Position numbers and translations under genes: made by a program. 64,000 bases of DNA from the human T2T-CHM13v2.0 reference genome, Homo sapiens: NCBI RefSeq assembly GCF_009914755.1, contig NC_060936.1; one strand, given 5' to 3'. This document shows positions 1-14,750 of the stretch, in pieces. Within the stretch, counting starts at the first letter, position 1. Each line of letters starts with the position of its first letter. The notes below the pieces were generated by a model. The model saw only the letters and a list, made by a program, of their open reading frames with translations. It did not search any database and was not told where the DNA came from.

Positions 1-902
1 TATCCATCAACAACCATGCTCCCACTTTTCAAATAGTCAATAGACATATTGTTGACTTTTTATGCAAAAGTGGTATTTATATGCAAATTCAAGCTCCTTC
101 TTTGTAAACTGTTGTTCTCAAGGTCTTCCAGTGTTGAAATTTTGGAGCCTAAACAATTAGGTTTCTTCCTTCTCTTGTCCTCCCAGCCATTCCTCCCCTA
201 GGAACCTTAGACATTTCTGGTGTCTTACAGCAGCACAAAGACTTACTGGATACAACTTCTAATTCCGGCCATGAGAGAAAAATAGATACCAGACTTGTCT
301 TCTCACTTTAATGTATTTTTGTGTCCAAGTGTAATGTCGGACACAACATATGAAGAAGTGGTTTCCAGGCATTATAAAACAGACAATAGAGGAATATAAT
401 TCTTGAGAGAAGAAAAACACACAAAGAGCTTCCCATTCATCTCCATGAAAATTCAATTTATAAGAAAAAAAGTAAATTAACTAGGGGCACATTGCAAATA
501 AAGGCAAAGGGAGGTGGAACCCAAAGAGAATAAAGTGTTTTTCTGGGCAAAGTAAAGAGAGATCAGAGTTCAGAAATGCTGAGGCTGCTTGGAATTTTCA
601 AAGTAGGATACTTGAGAGGAGAAAGTCCCAAATTTTGCATATGGGTTTCCTTGAGTCTAGCTGAGTACTAAGCTGCATGTGTTCAGGGTTCTCTGATAGA
701 GAACAACTACTAGTAGAGTATGAGCTGAATAAGGGGTTCAAGATATTCCAGTTTTGATAAACCAGAGGGTAAAGACTTCACTAAAAATCCACAGCAATTA
801 GTTGACCATTATAATGACCAAATGTTAGAAGTAGGGCTATTCTAGCCCTAGAGTAAGAACAACTTTAGACTTACCCAATAAAGCCTAAAATCAAACCCTG
901 AT

Positions 903-1322
903 TGCCTTAAACCATTTGGGCTACTATAACAATTAAACAATTTGTGCTACTATAATAAAACATCTAAGCCTCGATGATTTGTAAAGAAGAGAAGTTTATT
1001 ATTCACAGTTTTGGAGGCTGAGAAATACAAGATCAAGGTACTAGCAGGTCAGTATGTGGTGAGGGCCCAATCTTTTCTTCCAAGATGGCATCTTATTGGC
1101 TTACCCAGAGCAGAGGAAAACTGCATCCTTACATGGTAGAAGAAAGGGGAAAAGAGGGCAGAATGGTGACTGAAGCCTCTTCTATAAGGGCCTAATCCCA
1201 TTCATGACGGAGGAGTCCTCATGACCTAATGGCATCTTAAAGACCACATCTCTTGATGCTGTCACACTGGCTATTAAGTTTCAACCCATAAATTTTGGAG
1301 GGGACACATTCAAACCATAGCA
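903..1322 (-). mobile_element. MaLR solo LTR (MSTC/MSTD/MLT1A-like)
   Basis: tg...ca termini; typical cacagttttggaggctgagaaatacaagatcaagg and ggggacacattcaaaccatagca; 5-bp TSD ctgat (898-902) / ctgac (1323-1327). Confidence 0.85.
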
Positions 1323-2319
1323 CTGACAGACCAAGTGAAGTTGAAAGTAAATTAACTGCTAGTGAGAATAAAACTCAGCACTAATTAAAGGAGGACTGTC
1401 AACCAAATAACATTCTAAAGATTCAGCACACAATAACAAATTACTAGATAAACAAATAAGCAGGCAAATGTGTTACATATCCAGGAGAAAAAAACAGTCA
1501 ATACAAACAGATCCAGAGTTGACAGAGATGTGAGAATTAATGAGTCAGGACTTCAAAACAGATATAATAAATGTATTCAAGGATTTGTTAAAATATTGAC
1601 ATTGTATACAGAAGAGAAACCTAAACAAGGAAGTGGAAATTATAAAAAAGAACAACTATAAATTCCCAGAGTGAAAAATGCAATATGTGAAATAAAAAAT
1701 TCTCTGGATGGGCTCAATGGCAGATGTGCCATTGCAGAAGAAAAGTTCAGTACACTTGCAAACCGGTTAAAATAAATTATCCAACTTTGAAAAAGGATTT
1801 AAAAAATAAATGCAGCCTTAGTGACCTGTAGGGCCGTATCAAGAAGTCTAACATATTAGTAATTTTAGTTCCAAAAGGAGAGAAGAGAAAAACCGGGAAA
1901 GAAAAATACATTTGAAGAAATAATAACTAAACTTTTTCCAAATGTGATGAAAAATAACAACCCGCAAGCCTCAAAAATCTGAACAAATTCCAAGTGGAAT
2001 AAGCACACAGAAAACTATTTCTAGCCATATCATCATCCAATTTTTGAGAACAACAATGAAACAAAACAAAAAATTCTTAAAGGGATAAGTTATCACAGGA
2101 GAATGATAAAAATATGCACTAACTTCTCATCAAAATCAATGCAAACCAGAGAACAATGGAATCACATTTTAAAGGCTAAAATGGTAGGGACACCCTATCA
2201 ACCTATAATTCTGTATTCAGCAAAAATACCTTTCCAAGGTAAAGTAGAAATAAACATACTTCCATAGAAACACACGTTGAAAGGATTCATTACAATAGGC
2301 TACACTACAGAAAATGTTA

Positions 2320-2658
<339 letters not shown>

Positions 2659-4290
2659 GAACAGAAAGTTGAATCTACATGGAAGAATGAAGAACACCAG
2701 AAATGCTAAACATGCAGGCACATATATAAAACATATTCATTGTTTTTTTATTTGTTTAAAAGACAATTGAATATGTAATATATAAATAATAATGTATTGA
2801 GGAGGTTTGTAACATATACAGGAGTAAAATATCTGACAATAACAGCAAAAAGGATAGGAGGACATAAAGGAGTGTATATTGCTTAACCATACTGTGTATG
2901 CGTGAGGTGGTATAATATTAAATTCATAGTAGACTAGAATAAATTAATGGTGTATGTTGTAGTTCCTCTTAAAAAGACAAAATAAACAGGCATAGCTAAA
3001 AGTTAATAAAGAAGATAAAGAAAATACTAAGAAATATTTGTTTAACCCAAATTAAGGCAAGGAAAAAAGAACAGCTGTAGAGGACAAATGTATTGAAAAG
3101 GACAGAAACAGCAAAATGATAGGGTTAAACCCTATGTTATCAATAATTACATTAAGGCAAATGGACTAAACACTACAATCAAAAGGTAGAGACTGCCAAG
3201 CTAGATAAAAGCAGGGCACAAATATATGTTGTTTACATGTCCTAAACATAAGGATACATATTGGTTAGGTGTTAAATTTGGGGGAAAAAATATGCCGTGC
3301 AAATACTCACTGTAGTAAAGCTAGAATGACTATATTAATATTAGACAGTAGATTTCAGAGCAAAGAATACTGTCAGAGATAAACAGGAATACTTCATAAC
3401 TGGGTCAATTAATCAGAAATCTATAATAATTCCAAATAAACTTACACCTAATAACAGCTTCAAAATACACAAAGTGAAAATCCGACAGAACTAAAGAATG
3501 AAGTAGACAAATCCGTAAATATGATTAGAAATTGTAATACCTTTTACTCAGTACTTTAAATTATACAGAGTAAGTTGCTGATTACCCAGAATTAAGTTAC
3601 AAATCAGTAACAAAAAGATACCTGAAAAATTCACACATCTTTAGAAAGTAAGCAACATACTTCTAAATAATCCACGGGTCAAAAAAGAAATCATAAGAAA
3701 AACTTTAAAATATTTCAAAATGAATGCTAATGGGAAAGTACAATATGTTAAAACATGTGGGCTGCAGCTAGAGAAGTGGTTAGAATGAAATTTATAGTTT
3801 TAAATGCTTTATTGAAAAAGAAAAAATATTTAAAGTCAGTGATCTGAGCTTCTATTTTAAAAATCTACAAAAAAGAACAAATTAAAGCTAACATAAGGAG
3901 AAGATATGAAATACAGAGCAGAGAACAATGAAACGAAAAAAAGCAAATAATAAAATTGATATACCTCTGGCAAGACTGATCAATAATAAAAAGGAAACAC
4001 AAGTTACCAACACCAGAAATGAAAGTGAAAACATCAGTTCAGTTACTTCAGACAGTCAAAATACAAGGTAATACTATAAACAATTTTGTGCCAGTAAATT
4101 GGACAACTTAGCTGAAAAAAAAATTTCTTGAAAGATACCAACACTGATACGAAAATAAATTAAAAATCCATGTAGTCTCATATCCATTAAAGAAGTTAAG
4201 TTTATAGTTGAAACCTCCCCAACAAGAAATTTCTAGATTTGGTTTGTTCCACTGGTGAGTTTGTCAAACATTTGAGGAAGAAATAAAATT

Positions 4291-4413
4291 TACCTTACAC
4301 AAACTCAGAAAAAAGAGAAAAAGCAAACACTTTCCAACTCATTACATGAGTTGGAACATGTAATGAATTGGAAAGTGTTTGCTTTTTCTCTTTTTTCTGA
4401 GTTTGTTAAGGTA
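4291..4413. repeat. Near-perfect inverted repeat (58/57-bp arms, 8-nt spacer)
   Basis: 4291-4348 is the reverse complement of 4357-4413 with one mismatch and one 1-nt indel, checked by eye. Confidence 0.95.
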
Positions 4414-5127
4414 TTATGTTGAGGCCAACATAATACTGATACAAAAACCAGGTAAGGATATTACAAGAATAAAATTATAGACTAATATTGTTCAGGAACA
4501 TAGTAGGAACAAAAATCCTTAACGAAATACTAGCAAACAAAATCTAGCATTAGAGAAAATAATACATTTTGACTAAGTGGGTTTATACCAGGAATGCAGG
4601 ATTGGTTAAACAATAAAAAACTAATCAGTATAATTTACCACATTAATGAAATAAGAAAATGTGATGAACTTAATAAATTCAGAGAAAGTATTTGGTAAAA
4701 TTTAGTACCCATCTATTATAGAAATTCTCAGAAAACTAAGAATGGAAAAAATAATTAATCAGTATGATAAAGGATTTTTATGAAAAACTCAGCGTTATTA
4801 TGAATAAGTCTGTTTGAACGTTCATAGCAACCTTATACATCATGCCTCTAATCTGGAGACTATCCTAATGTCCACCAACAAGAGAATTAACATACAAACT
4901 ATGGTTTATTCATACAATGAAATAGTACTCAGCAACAAAAAAAGATAAATTACCGATACATGCAACAAAATTGATGAGTCTTAAAACACTGTGATGAATA
5001 CAGGATGCAAGACACCAAATTGCACATACCGTATGCCTCCATTTATATAAAATCCTAGAACAGATAAAACCTATGCATGTTGATAGTAATCAAAACAGTG
5101 CTTTTCTTGATAGTGCTGGGATTGCAG

Positions 5128-7640
<2,513 letters not shown>

Positions 7641-8030
7641 AGTGGGTGAGCACTTTCCTAGTGCTTTTATTTTCTCTGTGAAAATCCAGATTACACCAAC
7701 CTGGGTTTTAATTCCAGCTCTGACACCTTTTAACAGCTGTGTAATATTGGTCCCGTCACCTCACTTCTTCATTACAATCTGGCTAGATGAATTTAGAAAA
7801 TTTAACTGACTCCACGATGGTAGCATTGTACACTGTGCAATTTGCAGTACATGTGATTTATGATATAGACCATGGAAACTATGCCATAGTAGACTATGTG
7901 ATATTGCAAGCTCAACTTAAACTTAAAATCATAAATTTTCACAAATTTTATAGGTCAAGCCTCCTCACCACATTTAAATACCTTTTCATAATTTTCTCCT
8001 CCAAGTTGGGTGAGTAAGTACTTCAACTGT

Positions 8031-8425
8031 TGTATTAGTCCATTCTCTCACTGCTATACAAAGAAATACCTGAGACTTGGTAATTTATAAAGAAAGGTTT
8101 ATTTGGCTCATGGTTCTGCAAGCTGTACAGGAAACATGGCTGGGAAGGCCTCAGGAAACTTACAATCATGGCAGAAGGCAAAGGGGAAGCAGGCACATCT
8201 TACATGGCTGGCACAGGAGGAAGAGAGAGTGGGAGGTGCTGCACACCGTTAAACAACCAGATCTCACGATAAGTCACTCTCACCACAACATCACCATGGG
8301 GGATGGTGTTAAACTATGAGAAACTACCCCATGATCCAATCACCTCTCACCAGGCTCCACCTCCAACATTGGGAATTACAATTAGACATGAGGTTTGGGT
8401 GGGGACACAGATCCAAACCATATCA
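8031..8425 (-). mobile_element. MSTA-like MaLR solo LTR
   Basis: tgtattagtccattctc...ggcctcaggaaacttacaatcatggcagaaggc...ggggacacagatccaaaccatatca. Confidence 0.92.
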
Positions 8426-9254
8426 ACCCTTTAAGCTCATTTCATTTCCATTGAGGAGTTCATTTTAAAGTCCCCAAAATAGCTCCTTTTTCCTCTTTTT
8501 GTGAATTACATATTAGATACTTCTCCCAGTAATTTGAACAGTGGAATTGGGTTATGATCCTCTCCTTGTTCCAGGCAATAGCCTCTGCTGATGATTTCTG
8601 GGCTGTTGGCTCAACTTCTTTGGTGTAGCCATTTGATTCTTCATACAGACATCCTGGCAAAAAGCATCTTCATATTTTCTAAAGGAAGTTGTTTGTTAAC
8701 AGTGCTCCCCAAATCTGGGTTGATCTGTTCTCAGCTTTGATTGCTGCACTCATGAAATCTTCTGTAATCATTTATTTAACCTCTGCAGAATTCAGATATA
8801 TTTGGCTGTAGCACCTGCCAAGATCCGGCTCATTCTTTAGTCTTTCCCTGACTTTACCATTGTGAGACTCCTGGCTGCCCTTCCCATTTGTCTGCAAGGA
8901 TTGGCTTGCCAGAACTCTGTGGCCTACTTCAGTGATTTTCATTTTTTTGGTTTCTCTGTAAGTTTCATGTTAACTTGTTATTTGGTCAGTTTCATTGCTT
9001 CTTTTTATTTGAAGATTATTATTTTTTAAGTTGCTACTTATTGGAAACTTTTTATCTCAAGCCTATTAAATTTGATGTAGAAATCAGATTCTGGCTTAGT
9101 ACTCTGGTATATTTCTCATAATCCTCCTGTTCTATTTCCCCTTCTCTCAATGACCTTCTCAGCTGATGTCATATTTGGGCTGGTTACCCCAAGAAATGGA
9201 TGGGGTTGGATATGATAACACTAAGCAAGCATCCCTAGGCCATGCTGAATTGTA

Positions 9255-9535
9255 GAATGACAGAATGTTAAAGCTGGGAGGATACCCAAGGTTGGTTAGT
9301 TCAATTTCTCTCCCAATGCAAGAATTTATTCTACAGCATCCATTATTACTTCCTCTGCTGAAATCCTTCTAAGCAGGGAAAGCTAATTAGTTGGATAGAT
9401 ATATTTCTCCTTTTTTTCCAGTTCTAATTATTAAACTTATTTTTTTCTTTCATCGAATTGAACTCTTCCTCCCTATAACTTCCTCCCATTGGTTCTATGT
9501 CTGCCCTCTGGAGGGCTAGAGAATAAGTGGATTTA
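9255..9535 (-). mobile_element. L3/CR1 3'-end fossil
   Basis: Motif ctccctataacttcctcccattggttctatgtctgccctctgga, typical of antisense L3. Confidence 0.55.
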
Positions 9536-10037
9536 ATCTCTTAATAATATAATAGTAATTGCTACCATGTGTTGAGTATTTGTAAGGTTCTGTACCAAGT
9601 GTCTTATGCACTGTATTAGTCATGGTTCTTCAGTTGCAAGCAATAGAAACCAACCTGGCCAACTGTTTTAGTTATCTTTTGCTACATAATAAATTACCCC
9701 TAAAATTAGTGGCTTAAAAAAACTAACATATACTACCTCAGTTTCTGTGGGTCAGGAATTCAGAAGCAACTTAATGGGTGCTTCTGCATCAGTCTTTCTC
9801 AAAAGGTTGCATCCAAAATGTCAGCCAGGGCTGCAGTCATCTGAAGGCTAGACTGGGTTTGGGGGATTCACTTCTAAGCTGCTTTACATGGCTGATGACA
9901 AGAGGCCTCAGTTCCTCACTAGCTGTTGGCCAAAGCCTTCAGCCTTGTTGCCACAAGGACCTCAATATAGAGCAACTCTAACACAGAGAGAGAGAGAGAA
10001 GCCACAGTGCCTTTTATGACCTAATCTCTGAAGTTAC

Positions 10038-10646
10038 TGAATATCTATATCTATATATCTATATCTATATCTATATCTATCTATCTATATATATATACAC
10101 ACATATATCTCACAGTAAACACAAGGCTTCTGGGTCAGAGACAAACTGATTATTTAGTTACAGAATATTTTAGTGGCAGTTACTCATGTCCCATTTCCCC
10201 CACTCCGGGTAACATGGTGAGAGCCAGGTGGATCCTGCTCATGTTAAAGAGAGAATCTATATTTTAGAAGAGGAATTATGAAATCATGAATCTCAAATCT
10301 TATATAGGAGCTGGAACATCTACACTTTCTCCTCTCCAAAAAAAGGGACAGAGGACTTGGAATGTAAACTGATATCTCTTGGGGGAAAGGAGGAAGGTCT
10401 CTACCTACAAATATAAGCATTTGACTCTGGGGAAGATAAGAAAGGTATTATTATTATTTGAATGGGAGTAGATGGCTCCATGAGAACAGAAACAAGTTGT
10501 CTCAGTCTGTCTCCCTTAGAACGTGAAAAGCAAATGGCTCTTGGGAAAAGGAAAAATATTATCTATCTTCATGGCATGTCAATTTCCATTGCTCAGAATG
10601 CTCTGATCATTCAGACACATGAAACTATTCATACTGTTTTCCAACA
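10038..10646 (-). mobile_element. ERVL-class solo LTR inserted in the MLT1 LTR
   Basis: tg...ccaaca termini; cttctgggtcagagacaaa motif; 5-bp TSD gttac (10033-10037) / gtcac (10647-10651). Confidence 0.6.
10041..10108. repeat. (TATATC)n/(TA)n microsatellite
   Basis: Directly visible. Confidence 0.95.
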
Positions 10647-10697
10647 GTCACTACCATTACTTCTTCATCATTGTATGTATTAGGAGCAAGTCACTAA

Positions 10698-13454
10698 ATT
10701 TCCGTGATGAACACAGATACAAAAATCTTCAACAAAATACTAGATAACAAAATTCAACAGCACATCAAAAAGATATTACATCATGATCAAGTGGGTTTCA
10801 TCCTGGGGATGCAGGGATGGTTTAACATACAGAAGTCAAAAAGTGTGACACATCACATAAACAGAATTAAAAACAAAAACCATATGATCACCTCAATAGA
10901 TGCAGAAAAGGCATTTGACAAAATCAGGCATTCTTTACGATAAAAACTCTTAACAAACTAGGCATAGAAGAGACTTACCTCAAAATAATAAAATATATAT
11001 ATGCAAACCCACAGCCAACATCATACCAAATGGGGAAAAGTTGAAAGCATTCCTCCTGAGAACAGCAACAAGACAAGGATGCCCACTTTCACCACTCCTG
11101 TTCAACATAGTTCTGGAAGTCCTAGCCAAAACAATTAGGCAAGAGAAGGAAATAAAGGGCATCCGAATTGGAAAAGAGGAGGTGAAACTATTGCTGTTTG
11201 CAGATGATATGATCATATACCTAGAAAATCCTAAAGACTCCAACAAAAGACTCCTAGATTTGATAAAGGAATTTAGCAAAGTCTCAGGTTACAAAATCAG
11301 TGTACACAAATCAGTAGCACTGCTATACACCAACAATGACTAAGCTGAGAGTCAAACAAAGAACTCAATCCTGGCTGGACATGGTGGTTCACACCTGAAA
11401 ACCAAGCATTTCAGGAGGCCCAGGCATGTGGATTTATTGAGCCCAGGAGTTTGAGACCAGCCTGGGCAACAAGGGAGATCTTGTCTCTACAAAAAAGTTA
11501 CCTGGGTGTGGTGGTATGCATCCATGGTCCCAGTGACTCCGGAGGCTGAGGCAGAAGGATGGCTTGAGACTGGGAGGTCAAGGCTGCAGTAATTGCACCA
11601 CTGCACTCCAGCCTGGGAGACACAGTGAGACTCTGTCTTAAAAAAAAAAAAAAAAAGAAAAAAGAACTAAAGCTCTTTTACAACAGCTGCAAAAAAATAA
11701 ACTATCTAGGAATATACCCAACAAAGGAGGTGAAAGAACTCTACAAGAAGAACTATAAAACTACTGAAAGAAATCATAACTGATATAAACAAATGGAAAC
11801 ACATTCTATGCTCATGAATTAGAAGAATCAATATTGTAAAAATGACCATACTGCCCAAAGCAATCTACAGATTCAATGAAATTCCCATCAAAATACCAAC
11901 ATCGTTTTTCACAGAATTAGAAAAAACAATCATCAAATTCGTATGGAACCAAAAAAGAGCCCAAATAGCCAAACCAATTCTAAGGCAAAAAGAACAAATC
12001 TGGAGGCATCACATTACCACACTTCAAATTCTACTGCAAGGCTATAGTTACCAAAACTTTTATAGTTCTATAAAAGTAGGCATATAGACCAATGGAATAG
12101 AACAGAGAACCCAGAAATAAAGCTGGATACATATAGTCAACTGATCTCCAACAAAGCGTACAAAAACACAAATTGGGGAATGAATACTCTATTTCATAAA
12201 CGGTGTTGGGAAAACTTCCAAACCACAAGTAGCAGAATGAAACTGGCTCCCTATCTCTCAGCTTATATAAAAATCAACTCAAGATGGATCAAAGACTTAA
12301 ATATAAGGCCTACAATCATAAAAATTCTAGAAGGTGACATTGGAAAAATTCTTCTAGACATTGGCCTAGGCAAAGATTCATGACTAAGACCCCAAAAGCA
12401 AATGCAACAACAATAAAAAAACTAAATAAATGACACCTGATGAAACTAAAATGCTTCTGCATAGTAAAATAAATAATAGAGTTAACAGACAACCCACAGA
12501 ATGAGAGAAAATACTTGCAAACTATGCATTTGACAAAGACTAGTATCCAGAATCTACAAGGAACTCAAACAAATCATCAAGAAAAAGACAAACAATCCTA
12601 TCAAAAAGTGGGCAAAGGACATAAATAGACATTTCTCAAAAGAAAATATACAAATGGCCAAGAAATATATGAAAAAATTGTCAACATCACTAATCAACAG
12701 GGAAATGCAAATTAAAAAACAATGAGATACCACCTTACCCTTGCAAGAATGGTCATTATTAAAAAATAAAAAAATAATAGATATTGGCATGGATCTGGTG
12801 AAAAGGGAACACTTATACACTGCTGGTGGGAATGTAAATTAGTACAACCTCTATGGAAAACAGTATGGAGTCTCCTTAAAGAGCTAAATGTAGACCTACC
12901 ATTCAATCCAGCAATCCCACTACCAGGTACCTACTCAAAGGAAAAGAAGTCATTATATGAAAAAGACACTTGCACATATATGTTTATAGCAGCATGATTC
13001 ACAATTGCAAACATGTGGAACCAACCTAAGTGCCCATCAACTAATGAGTGGATAAAGAAAATGCGGTATATACACACCATGGAATACTACTTAGCAATAA
13101 AAAGGAATGAAATAATGTCTTTTGCAGCCACTTGGATGGGGCTGGAGGCCATTATTCTAAGTGAAGTAACACAGGAGTGGAAAACCAAAAGCCATATATT
13201 CTCACTTATAAGTGGGAGCTAAGTTATTCAAAGGCATACAGTGATGTAATGGACTTTAAAGATTCAGAAGGAGAAGGGTTGGTGAGGGGCTAGGGTTAAA
13301 AAATTATACATTAGGTACAATGTACACTACTCAAGTGATGGGTGCACTGAAATCTCAGAATTCACCACTATATAATCTATATAATTTATCTATGTAACAA
13401 AAAAAAAAACCACTTGTACACCCAAAGCTATTGAAATAAACATTTAAAAAAGGA
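10698..13454 (+). mobile_element. 5'-truncated L1 (L1PB/L1MA-type), disrupted ORF2 RT to C-terminus and 3' UTR
   Basis: ORF2 peptides including [11 protein letters not shown] (RT FADD motif) and [20 protein letters not shown]; aataaa plus A-tail; 13-bp TSD agcaagtcactaa (10685-10697 / 13455-13467). Confidence 0.95.
11373..11660 (+). mobile_element. AluJ nested in L1
   Basis: Diverged dimer with gaggtcaaggctgcagt; poly(A); degenerate TSD aaagaactcaa / aaagaactaaa. Confidence 0.93.
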
Positions 13455-13716
13455 AGCAAGTCACTAACTCCAGCCCACGTTCAAAGGGAAGGGATTAAGG
13501 CTCCACCACTTGAAGACAGAAATATCAAAAAATTTGGGAACACTGTAAAACCACCACATCCTGCCCCAATTTCACACACATGCAAAATATAGGCACCCCC
13601 TCTCAAGATTTCCAAAAGTCTCATCCTATTATATGTCAGCTTAATTTACAGATAGGTCATTTAAATCAAGACCAGGTGCATATGAGGTTACTTGGTTGTA
13701 GCTCCCTAAGTACAGT

Positions 13717-13852
13717 TCTTTTTTTCTTTTTTTTAGAGACAGGGATCTCGCTATGTTGACCAGACTGGTCTCAAACTCCTGGCCTCAAGTGATCCTCCCA
13801 TCTCAGCCTCCCAAAGTACTGAGATTAAAGGTGTGAGCCACCCTGCCTGGCC
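13717..13852 (-). mobile_element. FLAM_C / Alu left monomer
   Basis: Monomer-length Alu; TSD taagtacag on both sides. Confidence 0.9.
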
Positions 13853-14149
13853 CTTAAGTACAGCTATCGATCCAAAGATCTGTGAGCTAAAGTGAAAGTT
13901 ATCTTCTCCACACACCCAACACACATGGTGAGGCAGGCATAGGATAACTGATATTGATACTTCTGTTCAGAAAAGAATAAAACAAGAAGCACACAGGAGT
14001 CACTGGTTCATAGCAATTTTGAAATCCAGTTGGGAAATATTAGAATTAGATTAAGGCTCAAATTATGGGAATAATTCTCCATAACTCTTAGCTCTGTTTT
14101 TTGAGTTCTTAGTTCTGCCTTCTTAGTCATGCTTCCTTTTTCATGAAGA

Positions 14150-14750
14150 TATTGGGACTCAGAAAACAACATCCCAAAGTGAAGGTGTCAGAAACAGCCT
14201 CAGAAGCAAAAGTTTTTCTCTAACCTTCTCATGTCCTCCTGTTTCTCAGTCTCATTTTCCCTTAAGGGTAGCCATAGACATGAGAATCCCTCCTCTCTGA
14301 GGCAGGTCATAGAAACCAGAACTCTTTTTCCCCAAAGCCAGTGAAGAAACCTAAAAATATTACTCTGACATTCCTTCCACCTTTCTGCATAAAAACTGAC
14401 CATAAACAAATTACCTGGCCTATTTTGTTTGACTATAGATCATAAGACCCTTATTCCAGACAGCACCTTGCCCCACATCCAGAAAGAAGAAATGAACACT
14501 CAGAAAGACCAAGGATCTACACAGGCAGGCCTTGCTAGGTCTTCCTACTCACTCTATTAGCAGTAGATCATACTGTTTTGTCCAATCATATTTCTAAAAA
14601 GCTGCCCATACTTTGTTGAACCTAAGCATAAAAATGGACAATTTCCCATGTATTTTTGGGTGTTCATTCTGAGGGTTCTTATGTCATATAAAACTATGAT
14701 CAAATAAATTTGTATGCCTTTTCTCCTATAAATCTGCCTCTTGTCAGTGA
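14150..14750 (+). mobile_element. ERV1 LTR (MER39-like) nested in the MLT1 internal region
   Basis: gggactcagaaaacaacatcccaaa...cagcctcagaagcaaaagtttttctct...aataaa; clearly homologous to the inverted copy at 41517-42141. Confidence 0.75.

Noticed and set aside
8460-9000. Possible ancient LINE or coding fossil (66-aa minus ORF; a GDF triplet in another frame)
   Set aside because: No convincing motif series; cannot be assigned without a profile search.
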